A stretch of 64,000 nucleotides of DNA. It comes from an uncultured Collinsella sp. (GTDB taxonomy: Bacteria; Actinomycetota; Coriobacteriia; Coriobacteriales; Coriobacteriaceae). This document shows, one piece after another, positions 19,276 through 30,830 of this stretch; positions within the stretch are counted from its first letter, which is position 1, and the number at the start of each line of letters is the position of its first letter. Below the pieces are notes generated by a model. The model ran no database searches, was not told where the DNA came from, and saw nothing but the letters and a program-made list of their open reading frames with translations. A program made the translations under genes and the position numbers. The stretch covers positions 2,764 to 66,763 of the forward strand of contig CATXXF010000005.1 of the NCBI GenBank assembly GCA_958403395.1, in the 5' to 3' direction.

Positions 19276-19351
19276 TTGGTTTTCGATGTCAAACCAATCG
19301 CTGACCAGAAGCTGACCAGCCCGTCAAGCTCGTGGCAAGGTTTTGGTCAGC
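19276..19351 (-). promoter_or_regulatory. Putative Tad operon promoter with repeated binding sites
   Basis: TTGACA (minus, 19292-19287) inside TTGGTTT-N8-AAACCAA; GCTGACCAG twice with 11-bp period (19300, 19311); inverted TGGTCAGC at 19344. Confidence 0.45.
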
Positions 19352-19389
19352 ACGTCAGCAAACTGCATGTTTCGAGGCTTTTCCGCAGC

Positions 19390-19424
19390 AAAAAAGCCGT
19401 CTCCCGAACAGTTGGGAGACGGCT
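19390..19424 (-). terminator. Intrinsic terminator after rsgA
   Basis: AGCCGTCTCCC/GGGAGACGGCT stem followed by a T-run on the minus strand. Confidence 0.8.
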
Positions 19425-19441
19425 GTCATAGAAAAAATCAA

Positions 19442-20626
19442 TTACAGATGGACATCGGGATCGAGCATTTGAGCACTCACGCGCATGGATGACGCCAGGC
19501 TTTGGAACGTTTCCAAACGCAGGCTGTCGATCTGCCCGGCGTCCTCGGCCTCGCGAACGGCGCAGCCCGGTTCGTGGGTATGCGTGCAGTCGCCAAACCG
19601 GCACGCGCGCGATGCCTCGACAATCTCGGGGAAAGCGCGCGCAAGACCCCGCTCGTGACCCACGAGCGGTAGGCTGCGCAGGCCCGGGGCATCAGCGATC
19701 ACGCCGGCGTCGCCCGGCAGCGCTACCATCACGCGCGCGACGGTAGTGTGACGGCCCTGGTCGTCGCGTTCGCGCACACCGCCGGTCGCCAATGTATCGT
19801 GGCCCAGCAGTGCATTGAGCAGCGTCGACTTGCCGGCACCCGACTCGCCCAGAATCATGGCGCAGCTCCCGGCAGGCACGCAGATACGGACCTCGTCCAG
19901 GCCGCGGCCCTCGGCAGAGGACGTCACGATCACGCGCACGTCCGGACCCACCAGGCGGCGCACGCGGTCCAGATCGCGCTCGAGCTCCTCGGCATCGCAG
20001 CGATCAGCTTTGGTGAGCACCACCACCGGCTCGGCATCGCAGTCGAGCGCCAACACCAGCGAGCGCGCCACGCGGTCGAGCAGCACCTCACCGGCACCGA
20101 GCGCCTGCACGATTAGCACGCTATCCACGTTGGAGCAGAGCACCTGACGCTCTCCGCGGGCACGGCCGCGCCAACGCTCAAAGCTCGTACGGCGCGGCAG
20201 AACGCACTCAATCACGCCCATATCGTGCCCGGGAGCGCGGCGCACCGCCACACGGTCGCCCACGGCGGGCAGCAGCACCTCGTCCTCGCCGCGCGACTTG
20301 GCAAACCCCACGGCATGCTCGGCGCGGAAGGTGTCGTCGGCAGTCGCCACCAGCGGAAACCCGCGATCCAAGCGCACCACGGCGCCAAGCTGCATCTGCT
20401 CGGGCTCCTCGGTATGTGCGCAAAAGTCGTCAAATGCCGCCTGCTGAGCTTCATCGACCGGCAGGTCATCGAACGCCGGAACATCCTGCAGCGCGTCAAG
20501 TCCCGGCACGTTTGCCAGCAGCTCCTCGGCAGACGCGGGGGCTTCGGTCGCGAGCTTCCGACGACGATCGCGCTTAGCCCGCGCCCCCGTCGTCTTTTTC
20601 TTCGCCTTAGCCTTCGCCTTGCCCAC
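19442..20626 (-). CDS. rsgA: Ribosome small subunit-dependent GTPase A
   Basis: Circularly permuted TKAD, GESGAGKS, GRHTT, DAPG; C-terminal CRFGDCTHTHEPGC; GTG after GGAGG. Confidence 0.93.
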   Translation of the reverse strand: MGKAKAKAKKKTTGARAKRDRRRKLATEAPASAEELLANVPGLDALQDVPAFDDLPVDEAQQAAFDDFCAHTEEPEQMQLGAVVRLDRGFPLVATADDTFRAEHAVGFAKSRGEDEVLLPAVGDRVAVRRAPGHDMGVIECVLPRRTSFERWRGRARGERQVLCSNVDSVLIVQALGAGEVLLDRVARSLVLALDCDAEPVVVLTKADRCDAEELERDLDRVRRLVGPDVRVIVTSSAEGRGLDEVRICVPAGSCAMILGESGAGKSTLLNALLGHDTLATGGVRERDDQGRHTTVARVMVALPGDAGVIADAPGLRSLPLVGHERGLARAFPEIVEASRACRFGDCTHTHEPGCAVREAEDAGQIDSLRLETFQSLASSMRVSAQMLDPDVHL

Positions 20627-20674
20627 AAGCGCCTCCCAGCACCATAAATCACAACTGAGCAGGTATTTTAAATC

Positions 20675-20708
20675 AAAAAGAGCTGGCCGGGCAAAGCCCG
20701 ACCAGCTC
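20675..20708 (-). terminator. Intrinsic terminator after the P-type ATPase
   Basis: GAGCTGGTCGGGC-ttt-GCCCGGCCAGCTC-TTTTT. Confidence 0.8.
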
Positions 20709-20734
20709 ACAAACTTTTCCTCAGCTTACGGTCC

Positions 20735-20862
20735 CGAGAGGTCATCCGAAGGCCCGCCCGCCGGGAGGGGTTTCTTCTGAGCGATCCCGCAGCGCGAAGC
20801 GCGAGGACCAGCGAAGAAGAAACCCCGCAGGCGGTCGGGCCGGTGGGAAGGATGGCCTTTCG
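20735..20862. repeat. ~128-bp long imperfect hairpin element
   Basis: Nested arms AGGTCATCC/GGATGGCCT, GGCCCG/CGGGCC, GGGGTTTCTTC/GAAGAAACCCC; apical GCGC-GAA-GCGC. Confidence 0.6.
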
Positions 20863-20864
20863 AC

Positions 20865-23546
<2,682 letters not shown>

Positions 23547-23553
23547 ATAGAGT

Positions 23554-23655
23554 CCCCTCCTGGGATTCGGGCCACTCAGCAGATTGATGCCCGATCATAA
23601 TTCCCAGGAGAAGGGCAAGGGCTCATCAAGGCTGCCGTGCTGAGCGGCAGTTGAT
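23554..23655 (-). promoter_or_regulatory. Structured 5' leader, candidate riboswitch, of the P-type ATPase
   Basis: Two hairpins with complementary loops; the GGAGG RBS lies in a stem. Confidence 0.55.
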
Positions 23656-23987
23656 AGTGGAGCTATGGTACCCCAAAGCGACGCGTCTAGCCAAAACATT
23701 CCATCTGGAAACACGGCACAGGCGCAACGGTGCAGACAGTGTGATGCTCAACATTGATAAAACGTTTTTTCTTCGGCGCATCGTCAGACTGAAATATCGC
23801 CCAGATAGCAGCGGTTAGAACGGTTGGTAAAGTTTTTGCATATACCGTTTTTCCGCAAAAAATGAACTTCTAATTCGGCATACGGTCGATTTTTTGGGGT
23901 ATTCGGTCGGCATTTCGTTATAATCATCTCAGTTTTATTTCTTATGGTTTATCTATCAGCGCAAGACGATGTCAGATGGAGGTCTGA

Positions 23988-25448
23988 ATGTACAAGCGCA
24001 CCAAGATTGTATGCACCATGGGTCCCGCCTGCGATAGCGACGAGACCATCCGCGAGATGATCAAGGCGGGCATGAACGTCGCCCGTTTTAACTTCTCGCA
24101 CGGATCCTACGACGAGCACCACGGTCGCATCGAGCGCGTCCGTCGTATTTCCAAGGAGCTCGGTATGCCCGTCGGCATCCTGCTCGACACCAAGGGCCCC
24201 GAGGTCCGCACCGGCCTCTTGGTCGACGGCAAGAAGGTTGCCGTCAAGACCGGCGACAGGATCGTCGTCACCGCTCAGCCCACGTCCGAGGATTTCCATG
24301 GCACCGCTGAGCACATCTCCCTCGACTACCTGGCTCTGCCCTCCGAGGTCGAGAAGGGCTCCCTCATCCTGATCGATGACGGCCTGGTTGCCCTCGAGGT
24401 CGAGTCCGTCGACGGCCAGGATATGACCTGCGTCGTTAAGAACGACGGCCTGATCGGCGAGCGCAAGGGCGTCAACATGCCCAACGTCAACATCTCGCTG
24501 CCCGCCATCACCGAGCGCGATCGTCAGGACATCCTCTTTGGCCTGACCGAGAACATCGACTACATCGCCGCTTCCTTCATCCGCGACGGCGAGTCCGTCC
24601 GCGGCATCCGCGAGCTTTGCCGCGAGAACGGTGGCGAGCACGTGACGATCTTCCCGAAGATCGAGTGCGCCCTGGGCGTCGAGAACTTCGACGAGATCCT
24701 CGAGGCTTCCGACGGCATCATGGTCGCCCGTGGCGACCTGGGCATCGAGATCAAGCCCGAGCTCGTTCCGCACATCCAGAAGGAGATCATCGCCAAGTGC
24801 AACGCGGCCTACAAGCCCGTTATCACCGCTACGCAGATGCTCGACTCCATGCAGCAGAACCCGCGCCCGACGCGCGCCGAGGTTGCCGACGTTGCTAACG
24901 CCATTTACGACGGCACCGACGCCGTTATGCTTTCCGGCGAGTCCGCTGCCGGTAAGTACCCGGTCGAGGCCGTCAAGATGCAGGCCAGCATTGCTCTCGA
25001 GACCGAGAAGTACCTCCCGGCTCACGCTCCGCTCGAGGTTCCGGCCGATGCTCACGGCACCCGCGTTGTCAACAACGTTGTAGGTATGTCCGCTGTGAAC
25101 ATGGCCACCACCGTTGGTGCCAAGTGCATCACCGTGCCGACGACCACTGGTCGTACTGCTCGCCTGATCTCGCACTTCCGTCCCAACATGCCGATCTGCG
25201 CGTTCTCCCGCCACGAGTGGGCCGTCCAGCAGATGATCATGTACTGGGGCGTTATCCCGCACCAGGCAGAGATTACCCAGGGCACCGTCAACGGCACGAT
25301 CGTCAAGGCGATCGAGACCGCTAAGGAGCTCGGCTACGTCAAGACTGGCGATTTGACCGTCGCTACCGCCGGCGATCCCCGCATGAGCGTCCAGCTCGAG
25401 GACAAGGTCTCCTCGACCAACGTCGCTTACGTCGCTCAGGTGCGCTAA
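23988..25448 (+). CDS. pyk: Pyruvate kinase
   Basis: RTKIVCT, RFNFSHG, DTKGPE, MVARGDLG, TATQML, DAVMLSGE. Confidence 0.98.
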   Translation: MYKRTKIVCTMGPACDSDETIREMIKAGMNVARFNFSHGSYDEHHGRIERVRRISKELGMPVGILLDTKGPEVRTGLLVDGKKVAVKTGDRIVVTAQPTSEDFHGTAEHISLDYLALPSEVEKGSLILIDDGLVALEVESVDGQDMTCVVKNDGLIGERKGVNMPNVNISLPAITERDRQDILFGLTENIDYIAASFIRDGESVRGIRELCRENGGEHVTIFPKIECALGVENFDEILEASDGIMVARGDLGIEIKPELVPHIQKEIIAKCNAAYKPVITATQMLDSMQQNPRPTRAEVADVANAIYDGTDAVMLSGESAAGKYPVEAVKMQASIALETEKYLPAHAPLEVPADAHGTRVVNNVVGMSAVNMATTVGAKCITVPTTTGRTARLISHFRPNMPICAFSRHEWAVQQMIMYWGVIPHQAEITQGTVNGTIVKAIETAKELGYVKTGDLTVATAGDPRMSVQLEDKVSSTNVAYVAQVR

Positions 25449-25476
25449 ATCGCACTTGCAAGCAGATTTACATTGC

Positions 25477-25516
25477 AAAGGGTCCGGAAGGCTTCGCCTT
25501 CCGGACCCTTTTCTTT
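25477..25516 (+). terminator. Intrinsic terminator after pyk
   Basis: AAAGGGTCCGGAAGGC-ttc-GCCTTCCGGACCCTTTT. Confidence 0.9.
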
Positions 25517-25694
25517 GCGTCAATGCCGGCGCACGGCAAAACACGCACTCATTTCTTTACTAAAAGCGCGAAATCCACCCTTCGAGGCCCAATAAATAAA
25601 GCCCCAAGCGCTAAAAGTGTTCGCCTGGTGGCAAACCCGCACCTTGACCGACGCTGCTAAATCGTTTTAGCAAGGTCTAAATCGACCGCGTTTT

Positions 25695-25818
25695 CGGAAG
25701 TATGCGGCAAATTCCGGAACCTCCGAGCACACCCTGTTTTTTCGCAACAAAATGCCTGATAAACTAGCCTCAAAAGCCAGGTCTGCTCATAGGGTTCAGA
25801 TTTTGCCGCATACTTCCG
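25695..25818. repeat. 124-bp element with perfect 17-bp inverted ends
   Basis: CGGAAGTATGCGGCAAA (25695-25711) / TTTGCCGCATACTTCCG (25802-25818); inner GAGCA...TGCTC arms. Confidence 0.75.
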
Positions 25819-25872
25819 GATTGACGCTGGCATCACTCGCTTCAAAGAGATGATTTCGGCCAGGAGGGCATT

Positions 25873-26946
25873 ATGGACCTGACGCTTTGTGGGCAATCCG
25901 CCTTTAACTACTACCGCATCCCGCCGCAGGTATTAGGCCTTTACCCCGCCATTAGCCTTGGCAATATGGATCGCAGATGTTGTGGCCTCGGAAGTCATGC
26001 AGTTGTAAAAGACCTGTTTCACGCACCACTTCACAGGCTTGTATTCACTCGGGCACAATCCGGGTCGCGAAGCCTGTTTAAATCGCACCTCCTGACCCAA
26101 GAACCACCTCCGGGGTCGTTTAGGCAGACTGAACATGGGTTTGATGTCACGTCACCGGAGTTCACGCTGCTCAACCTTGCTACGCAGGTTTCACGCAACC
26201 AGTTACTCAAGGCTTGCTACGAGATGTGCGGCTCCTTTGCAGTGTTTAAGCCCTGCGAGCGAACGCAACAACAACTCGATGAAGCTATTTCGCTTATGCT
26301 CATTCCGCCCGACTGTGGTTGGAAACGCGTTGTCGACACCAAGGGCAATGGCACTAACCTGTGGAAGCGCACGCCGCTTCTTACCGCAACGGATATCGCC
26401 ACGTTCGCCAAGCAAGCCGCAGGCCTGCGCGGCGTTAAACAACTGCGCTGGGCGGCCGAGCACATGACAGGGCAGACCGGCTCGCCCTTCGAAGTACAGA
26501 CCTCCATGCTTGTCTCGCTCCCCCGCGACGAGGGCGGCATGGGCATCGACATCGCAAACAACGTGCGCATCCCACTCAGCGACGTCGCGCGCTCACTGTA
26601 TGACAAAACCTGCTGCTACGCCGATATCCTCATCGAAAGTGTCACCGACAGCATGGGCGTCATTCTGGAATGCCAAGGCCGCTCCGCCCATGACAGCGAA
26701 GCCGCAAGCCTCTCCGATGCCGAGCGCACCACCGCCCTCACAAGCATGGGCTATGACGTTATCCAGATAACCTATGAGCAAATCAAGGACAAGAAGAGTT
26801 TTGATAGCATCGCCGAGCTCATTCATAAAAAGGCGGGGCTCCCCTACATCCCAAAGACCGATCAGGAACGCACCACCGAAGATGCCCTGCGACGGGAGCT
26901 GTTGGTCAATTGGGATGAACTGTTCACCGTTAAGCCGGCCCGTTAG
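25873..26946 (+). CDS. AbiEi-like/DUF559-like protein with C-terminal PD-(D/E)xK-type nuclease domain
   Basis: VTSPEFTL, SPFE, YADIL...ILECQG..H, DAERTTALTSMGYDVIQIT; AGGAGG RBS. Confidence 0.65.
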   Translation: MDLTLCGQSAFNYYRIPPQVLGLYPAISLGNMDRRCCGLGSHAVVKDLFHAPLHRLVFTRAQSGSRSLFKSHLLTQEPPPGSFRQTEHGFDVTSPEFTLLNLATQVSRNQLLKACYEMCGSFAVFKPCERTQQQLDEAISLMLIPPDCGWKRVVDTKGNGTNLWKRTPLLTATDIATFAKQAAGLRGVKQLRWAAEHMTGQTGSPFEVQTSMLVSLPRDEGGMGIDIANNVRIPLSDVARSLYDKTCCYADILIESVTDSMGVILECQGRSAHDSEAASLSDAERTTALTSMGYDVIQITYEQIKDKKSFDSIAELIHKKAGLPYIPKTDQERTTEDALRRELLVNWDELFTVKPAR

Positions 26947-27791
26947 CAGCTAGCGATCAGGGGGACTGCGGGGACGTCAGAAGCGGCAACGCGAGCCGCA
27001 AAGCCCGCCTCGGTCAGCTCGACGACCTCGGTAAACGTTGCGTCAAAGAACTCCTCGGTCAGCAGGCGGTACGGCGGATGATCGGGCTCGCCGGGGTTTT
27101 CGCGCACGATCTCGTGCATGACGCCGATGGTCTTGAGCACATACTCCTTATGGATGGGATACTGCCCAAAACGCGTCGCAGCGGTATACAGGCGATCGGT
27201 CGCGCGCGGGATGGAGACAATGCCCAGCGTCTTGCCAAACCAGTCAAAGTCGCCTTGCTTTTTAATGCGGAACTCCTCACACGGCTTGCCGCCGTGCGCC
27301 TCCAGGTACTGATTCACGCGCGTGTTCCATACGGTATCGGCCACCAGATGCGACCAGACGCCCAGTGTCAAATCGAGCAACGACTGCGCCACATCTTCGG
27401 ACGCAAGCGAGAACTCACAGGCGCCGGGACCGACAACCGGCTCGGCATCCTTGTAGCGCTGGGGATAGTGCACGCGGTTCAGCCGCTCGCGTTCCTCGAC
27501 AATCGAGGTAGCCTCAGCGGGTTCGCCCGCGGGTGCGCCTTTAAGCAACGGTGCCACATAGGTATCCCAGAACTCATGCTCACGAGGCTTAGGGATGGGC
27601 TCAGGCTTGGCAAAGTGCGTAATGCGGTACGGAATGGGATCGGCGATGCCAGGGACCATATAGCCCACGAAGATATCCGGAACCACGCAGCCAAACAAAA
27701 AGGCATTGCGGTCGCGCACGCTATTGGCAAGCGCACCGGTGCGCTCCAGCAAACGCTCCGTCTGAGCGATATGAATGTTCCAGCTTGGCAT
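26943..27791 (-). CDS. Putative metal-dependent hydrolase (zinc-dependent phospholipase C-like)
   Basis: MPSWNIH, FLFGCVVPD, ITHF, LGVWSHLVADTVW motifs. Confidence 0.6.
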   Translation of the reverse strand: MPSWNIHIAQTERLLERTGALANSVRDRNAFLFGCVVPDIFVGYMVPGIADPIPYRITHFAKPEPIPKPREHEFWDTYVAPLLKGAPAGEPAEATSIVEERERLNRVHYPQRYKDAEPVVGPGACEFSLASEDVAQSLLDLTLGVWSHLVADTVWNTRVNQYLEAHGGKPCEEFRIKKQGDFDWFGKTLGIVSIPRATDRLYTAATRFGQYPIHKEYVLKTIGVMHEIVRENPGEPDHPPYRLLTEEFFDATFTEVVELTEAGFAARVAASDVPAVPLIASC

Positions 27792-27871
27792 AGCCACCCC
27801 CATAAAAAACCTGGATAACTATACCATCACGGCAAAGCCGCGCGGGCGGCTACGCACGCTCTACGCAGCAA

Positions 27872-28642
27872 CTAGTCCGTAGCACCGCTTTCGGTTCCAT
27901 ACGACGGCGAAGGCGCCTCGACCACATGGTGATATCGATCGATATAGATGGCGCGGGCCCCCAGACGGCGTACCAAATCTTGGTGATGTGTGCTCATCAA
28001 GACCGTCTTACCGGCAGCAACATAGGCCAGTAGGAAGTTGACCACGATGTCGCAAGAGTCCTCGTCAAGTCCGTTAGTAGGCTCGTCGAGGACCAAGATA
28101 TCCGGGTTCATCGACACCACCGCAGCCAGCGCAACGCGCTTCTTTTGCCCGCCCGAGAGCTGATAGGGCGAGGCATCGACCAGGTCGGCAACTTGAAACA
28201 GTTCCATGGCATCGTGCACGCGACGGTCGAGCTCGTCTGCCGGCAGCCCCATCTGCGCGGGACCAAAGGCAACTTCCTCACCCACCGTAGCGCAGAACAA
28301 CTGGGCGTCGGCATTCTGGAACACAAAGCCCACGCGCTGATGGAACCACTGGGCCGTCGCGGAATCCTTGAGATATGTCGCATCGACCATACACCCGTCA
28401 AACAGGTATGCCCCTGCGTCCGCGAGTTCAAGGCCGTTAATAAGACGCATAATCGTCGTCTTACCGCAGCCGTTGGGACCGAGCAGGGCAACGAGTTCAC
28501 CACGATCGACCTGCAGCGACACGCCATCGACAACCGTATGCCCCGCATAGGAGAACACCACGTCGCGCAGCTCGATGAGCGGCGCGCCCTCGGCGCCGCC
28601 CGCACCGTTCGTGCCCGCCGCACTATTCATATCGATCGTCAA
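27872..28642 (-). CDS. ECF transporter ATPase NikO/CbiO
   Basis: GPNGCGKT, VFQNAD, LSGGQKKR, LDEPT; start uncertain. Confidence 0.88.
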   Translation of the reverse strand: MTIDMNSAAGTNGAGGAEGAPLIELRDVVFSYAGHTVVDGVSLQVDRGELVALLGPNGCGKTTIMRLINGLELADAGAYLFDGCMVDATYLKDSATAQWFHQRVGFVFQNADAQLFCATVGEEVAFGPAQMGLPADELDRRVHDAMELFQVADLVDASPYQLSGGQKKRVALAAVVSMNPDILVLDEPTNGLDEDSCDIVVNFLLAYVAAGKTVLMSTHHQDLVRRLGARAIYIDRYHHVVEAPSPSYGTESGATD

Positions 28643-28688
28643 AACGTCGCCCTTCCCTATTTGCATTCCCAGCCGGAACCAGCAGCGC

Positions 28689-29525
28689 CTACAGCACGGC
28701 GCACAACACCGCCAGCAGCGCCACGCCGGCCGCATAGACCGCATCGCGCCAGCCAAACCCGGCGCGCGCGGGCGCCGGATACGCACCCGCAAAACCGCGG
28801 CACAGCATGGCCTCGTCCATCGCGCGGCTGCATTCCATCGCCTTGATAAAGGTCATGCCCATGATACCCGCGATCGAATCGGTACGCGAAAATCCCTCAG
28901 ACGCACGGCCAACGCTGCGCAGCATGACCGATTCGCACAGATTGTGCGCCGTGCGACCCAGCACCTCAATGTGCTTGAGCGCCATATCAAACGTAAAGAT
29001 GACCTCGTCGGGTAGATGCAGTATCTTGAGCGCCGCCGACATGCGGCTCCAGGTGAGCGTCCACGAAACGCCCAGCACGAGCGACACGTTAATGAACGTC
29101 TTAAGCGCGATCTTGAGCATGGCGCCCGTAGCGGAAGCGCCCAGCAGCAGGGCAGGCAGCGCCAAAACCACGGCGAGCCCCGCGGCGCCAAGCGCCGGCA
29201 CAAAGGTCGCGCGCAACCCGCGCGCGGGGCGCACCGCGACCAGCACCAGCGCGATAGCCGCCATCAGCATCAGGTACAGCGGGCTCTGCGTCAGACACAC
29301 GCACAGGACGCAAACGAACATCCCCACCAGGCGCACCGGAGCCGAAACGCAAGAAAGGGCGCGGTCGACCATCGACCCGCCCTCGTGCGCGCCTCCACCC
29401 AGATGAACCCGCTCAAGCAGGCTCGCCAGGTGCAGGACATTCTTTTGCATCACACGATGCCGAGCCCCCACGGGCTCATATCGCTCCTCGGCCGCAAGCC
29501 AGCTAGGCAGCTCGGCTATTGCCAT
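28689..29525 (-). CDS. ECF transporter T component NikQ/CbiQ
   Basis: Several TM helices; LRS and C-terminal AMLCRGF motifs. Confidence 0.85.
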   Translation of the reverse strand: MAIAELPSWLAAEERYEPVGARHRVMQKNVLHLASLLERVHLGGGAHEGGSMVDRALSCVSAPVRLVGMFVCVLCVCLTQSPLYLMLMAAIALVLVAVRPARGLRATFVPALGAAGLAVVLALPALLLGASATGAMLKIALKTFINVSLVLGVSWTLTWSRMSAALKILHLPDEVIFTFDMALKHIEVLGRTAHNLCESVMLRSVGRASEGFSRTDSIAGIMGMTFIKAMECSRAMDEAMLCRGFAGAYPAPARAGFGWRDAVYAAGVALLAVLCAVL

Positions 29526-30585
29526 GAGCACCGCTTTCCTTAACCGTCAGCGAGATCAGGCGGAATGCGATGGTGAGCACCGCCACGCCAATCACGCCGG
29601 ACAGGATATACATGGCAGCCTGACCGGCAAAGCCAAGGCCCTGCTCCTCGGAATAGGCCTGCAGATAATCGCCCGTGGGCAGTGCGTCGGCAAAGGTCGG
29701 GGTATCGAGGCCGACCGAAGCCTGCAGGCTGTCGTCGCCAGCCTCCTGAACGGCAGTCGCGGCGCCCTCGGCGTCCCACTCGCCCCAGGCGTCACCCGTG
29801 GCCAGCAGGCCCAGCGGCGTGGCCACGACAAGCACGGCGACCAGAATGAGCGTGGGGACCAGCGAGGTCTTCTTGGCAGTACCATCGCCGGCAAGCTGTC
29901 CATCGACGGCCTCGGGCCCGACGATAACACTCGGCGCCGTCTTCTTAATGAAACCGTAGATGGCGGCCGTCGCCACGCCCTCGATCACGCCGGCAACCAG
30001 CATATGCGGGATCAACATGGCCGGAATAGCCACGGACAGCGGGAAGGGGCAGTACAGCGGCGCGCCCGAAGCGTTGGTAAAAAGCATCGGCTGAATACCA
30101 AACTCGATTGCCGCGCACAGGGCCGCCAGGCACAGGCCGACCCAGCCGCTTACGACGGCCGAAACCGAGGTGCCCCAGCCCTTGCCATGCAAACGGCTGT
30201 TGAGCGCACGAAACACGATAGCAGCGGCAAACGGCAGCACGAAGGCCATGTTAAAGCAGTTGGCGCCAAAGGACAGGATGCCGCCGTCGCCAAACAGCAG
30301 CGCCTGCAGCGCCAGCGCGACCGAGACAGCGATAGCCGCGGCCTCGGGGCCTAGCAGCAGCGCAATGAGGGCGCCGCCGACGGCGTGGCCTGTGGTGCCG
30401 CCAGGCAGCGGCACGTTGAACATCATGAGCAGGAAGGAGAACGCGGCGCAGATGCCCAGGAAAGCCATATGCTCGCGATCGAGCGTGGCGCGCACCTTCT
30501 TGATGCAGTGGACCCAAACGGGCACCATCGCCACCGCCATGACGGCATCGGTCTGCGGGGACAGATAATTATCTGGAATGTGCAT
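29503..30585 (-). CDS. Fused NikMN substrate-capture component (nickel-type CbiM family)
   Basis: N-terminus MHIPDNYLS, PGGTTGH, GGILSFGAN; C-terminal AWGEW NikN-like domain. Confidence 0.88.
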   Translation of the reverse strand: MHIPDNYLSPQTDAVMAVAMVPVWVHCIKKVRATLDREHMAFLGICAAFSFLLMMFNVPLPGGTTGHAVGGALIALLLGPEAAAIAVSVALALQALLFGDGGILSFGANCFNMAFVLPFAAAIVFRALNSRLHGKGWGTSVSAVVSGWVGLCLAALCAAIEFGIQPMLFTNASGAPLYCPFPLSVAIPAMLIPHMLVAGVIEGVATAAIYGFIKKTAPSVIVGPEAVDGQLAGDGTAKKTSLVPTLILVAVLVVATPLGLLATGDAWGEWDAEGAATAVQEAGDDSLQASVGLDTPTFADALPTGDYLQAYSEEQGLGFAGQAAMYILSGVIGVAVLTIAFRLISLTVKESGAHGNSRAA

Positions 30586-30642
30586 GTACGCCTCCCGGTT
30601 ATCGGCGCACGGAATTGCAACGCCGCTTGAATCACCTTGCCA

Positions 30643-30670
30643 GTGTTACGTATTGTCAGATTCGTAACAC
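30643..30670. promoter_or_regulatory. NikR-like operator
   Basis: GTGTTA-N16-TAACAC with perfect 8-bp arms (GTGTTACG/CGTAACAC), just downstream of a TG-n-TATGAT extended -10 on the minus strand. Confidence 0.7.
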
Positions 30671-30830
30671 GCCGCGGGCTATCATAGCAAAACGGCGCAC
30701 TGCCGACAAAGCAGCACGCCGTTATGTAATGCGCGTGTCATATATGCAGGCTCAGCAGTGCCTTATACCGAGCATAACGGTCTTGTAGGATTCGGCAGCA
30801 GTCGCCCCAACCCATACCCCAGCGCAGGAC

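Noticed and set aside
23554..23700. Assignment of the ATPase leader to yybP-ykoY or M-box
   Set aside because: I could not find their conserved sequence blocks; left as an unclassified candidate.
30586..30830. Cobalamin riboswitch upstream of the cbiM-like gene
   Set aside because: No B12-box-like sequence seen and the inferred leader is too short; a NikR-like palindrome is present instead.
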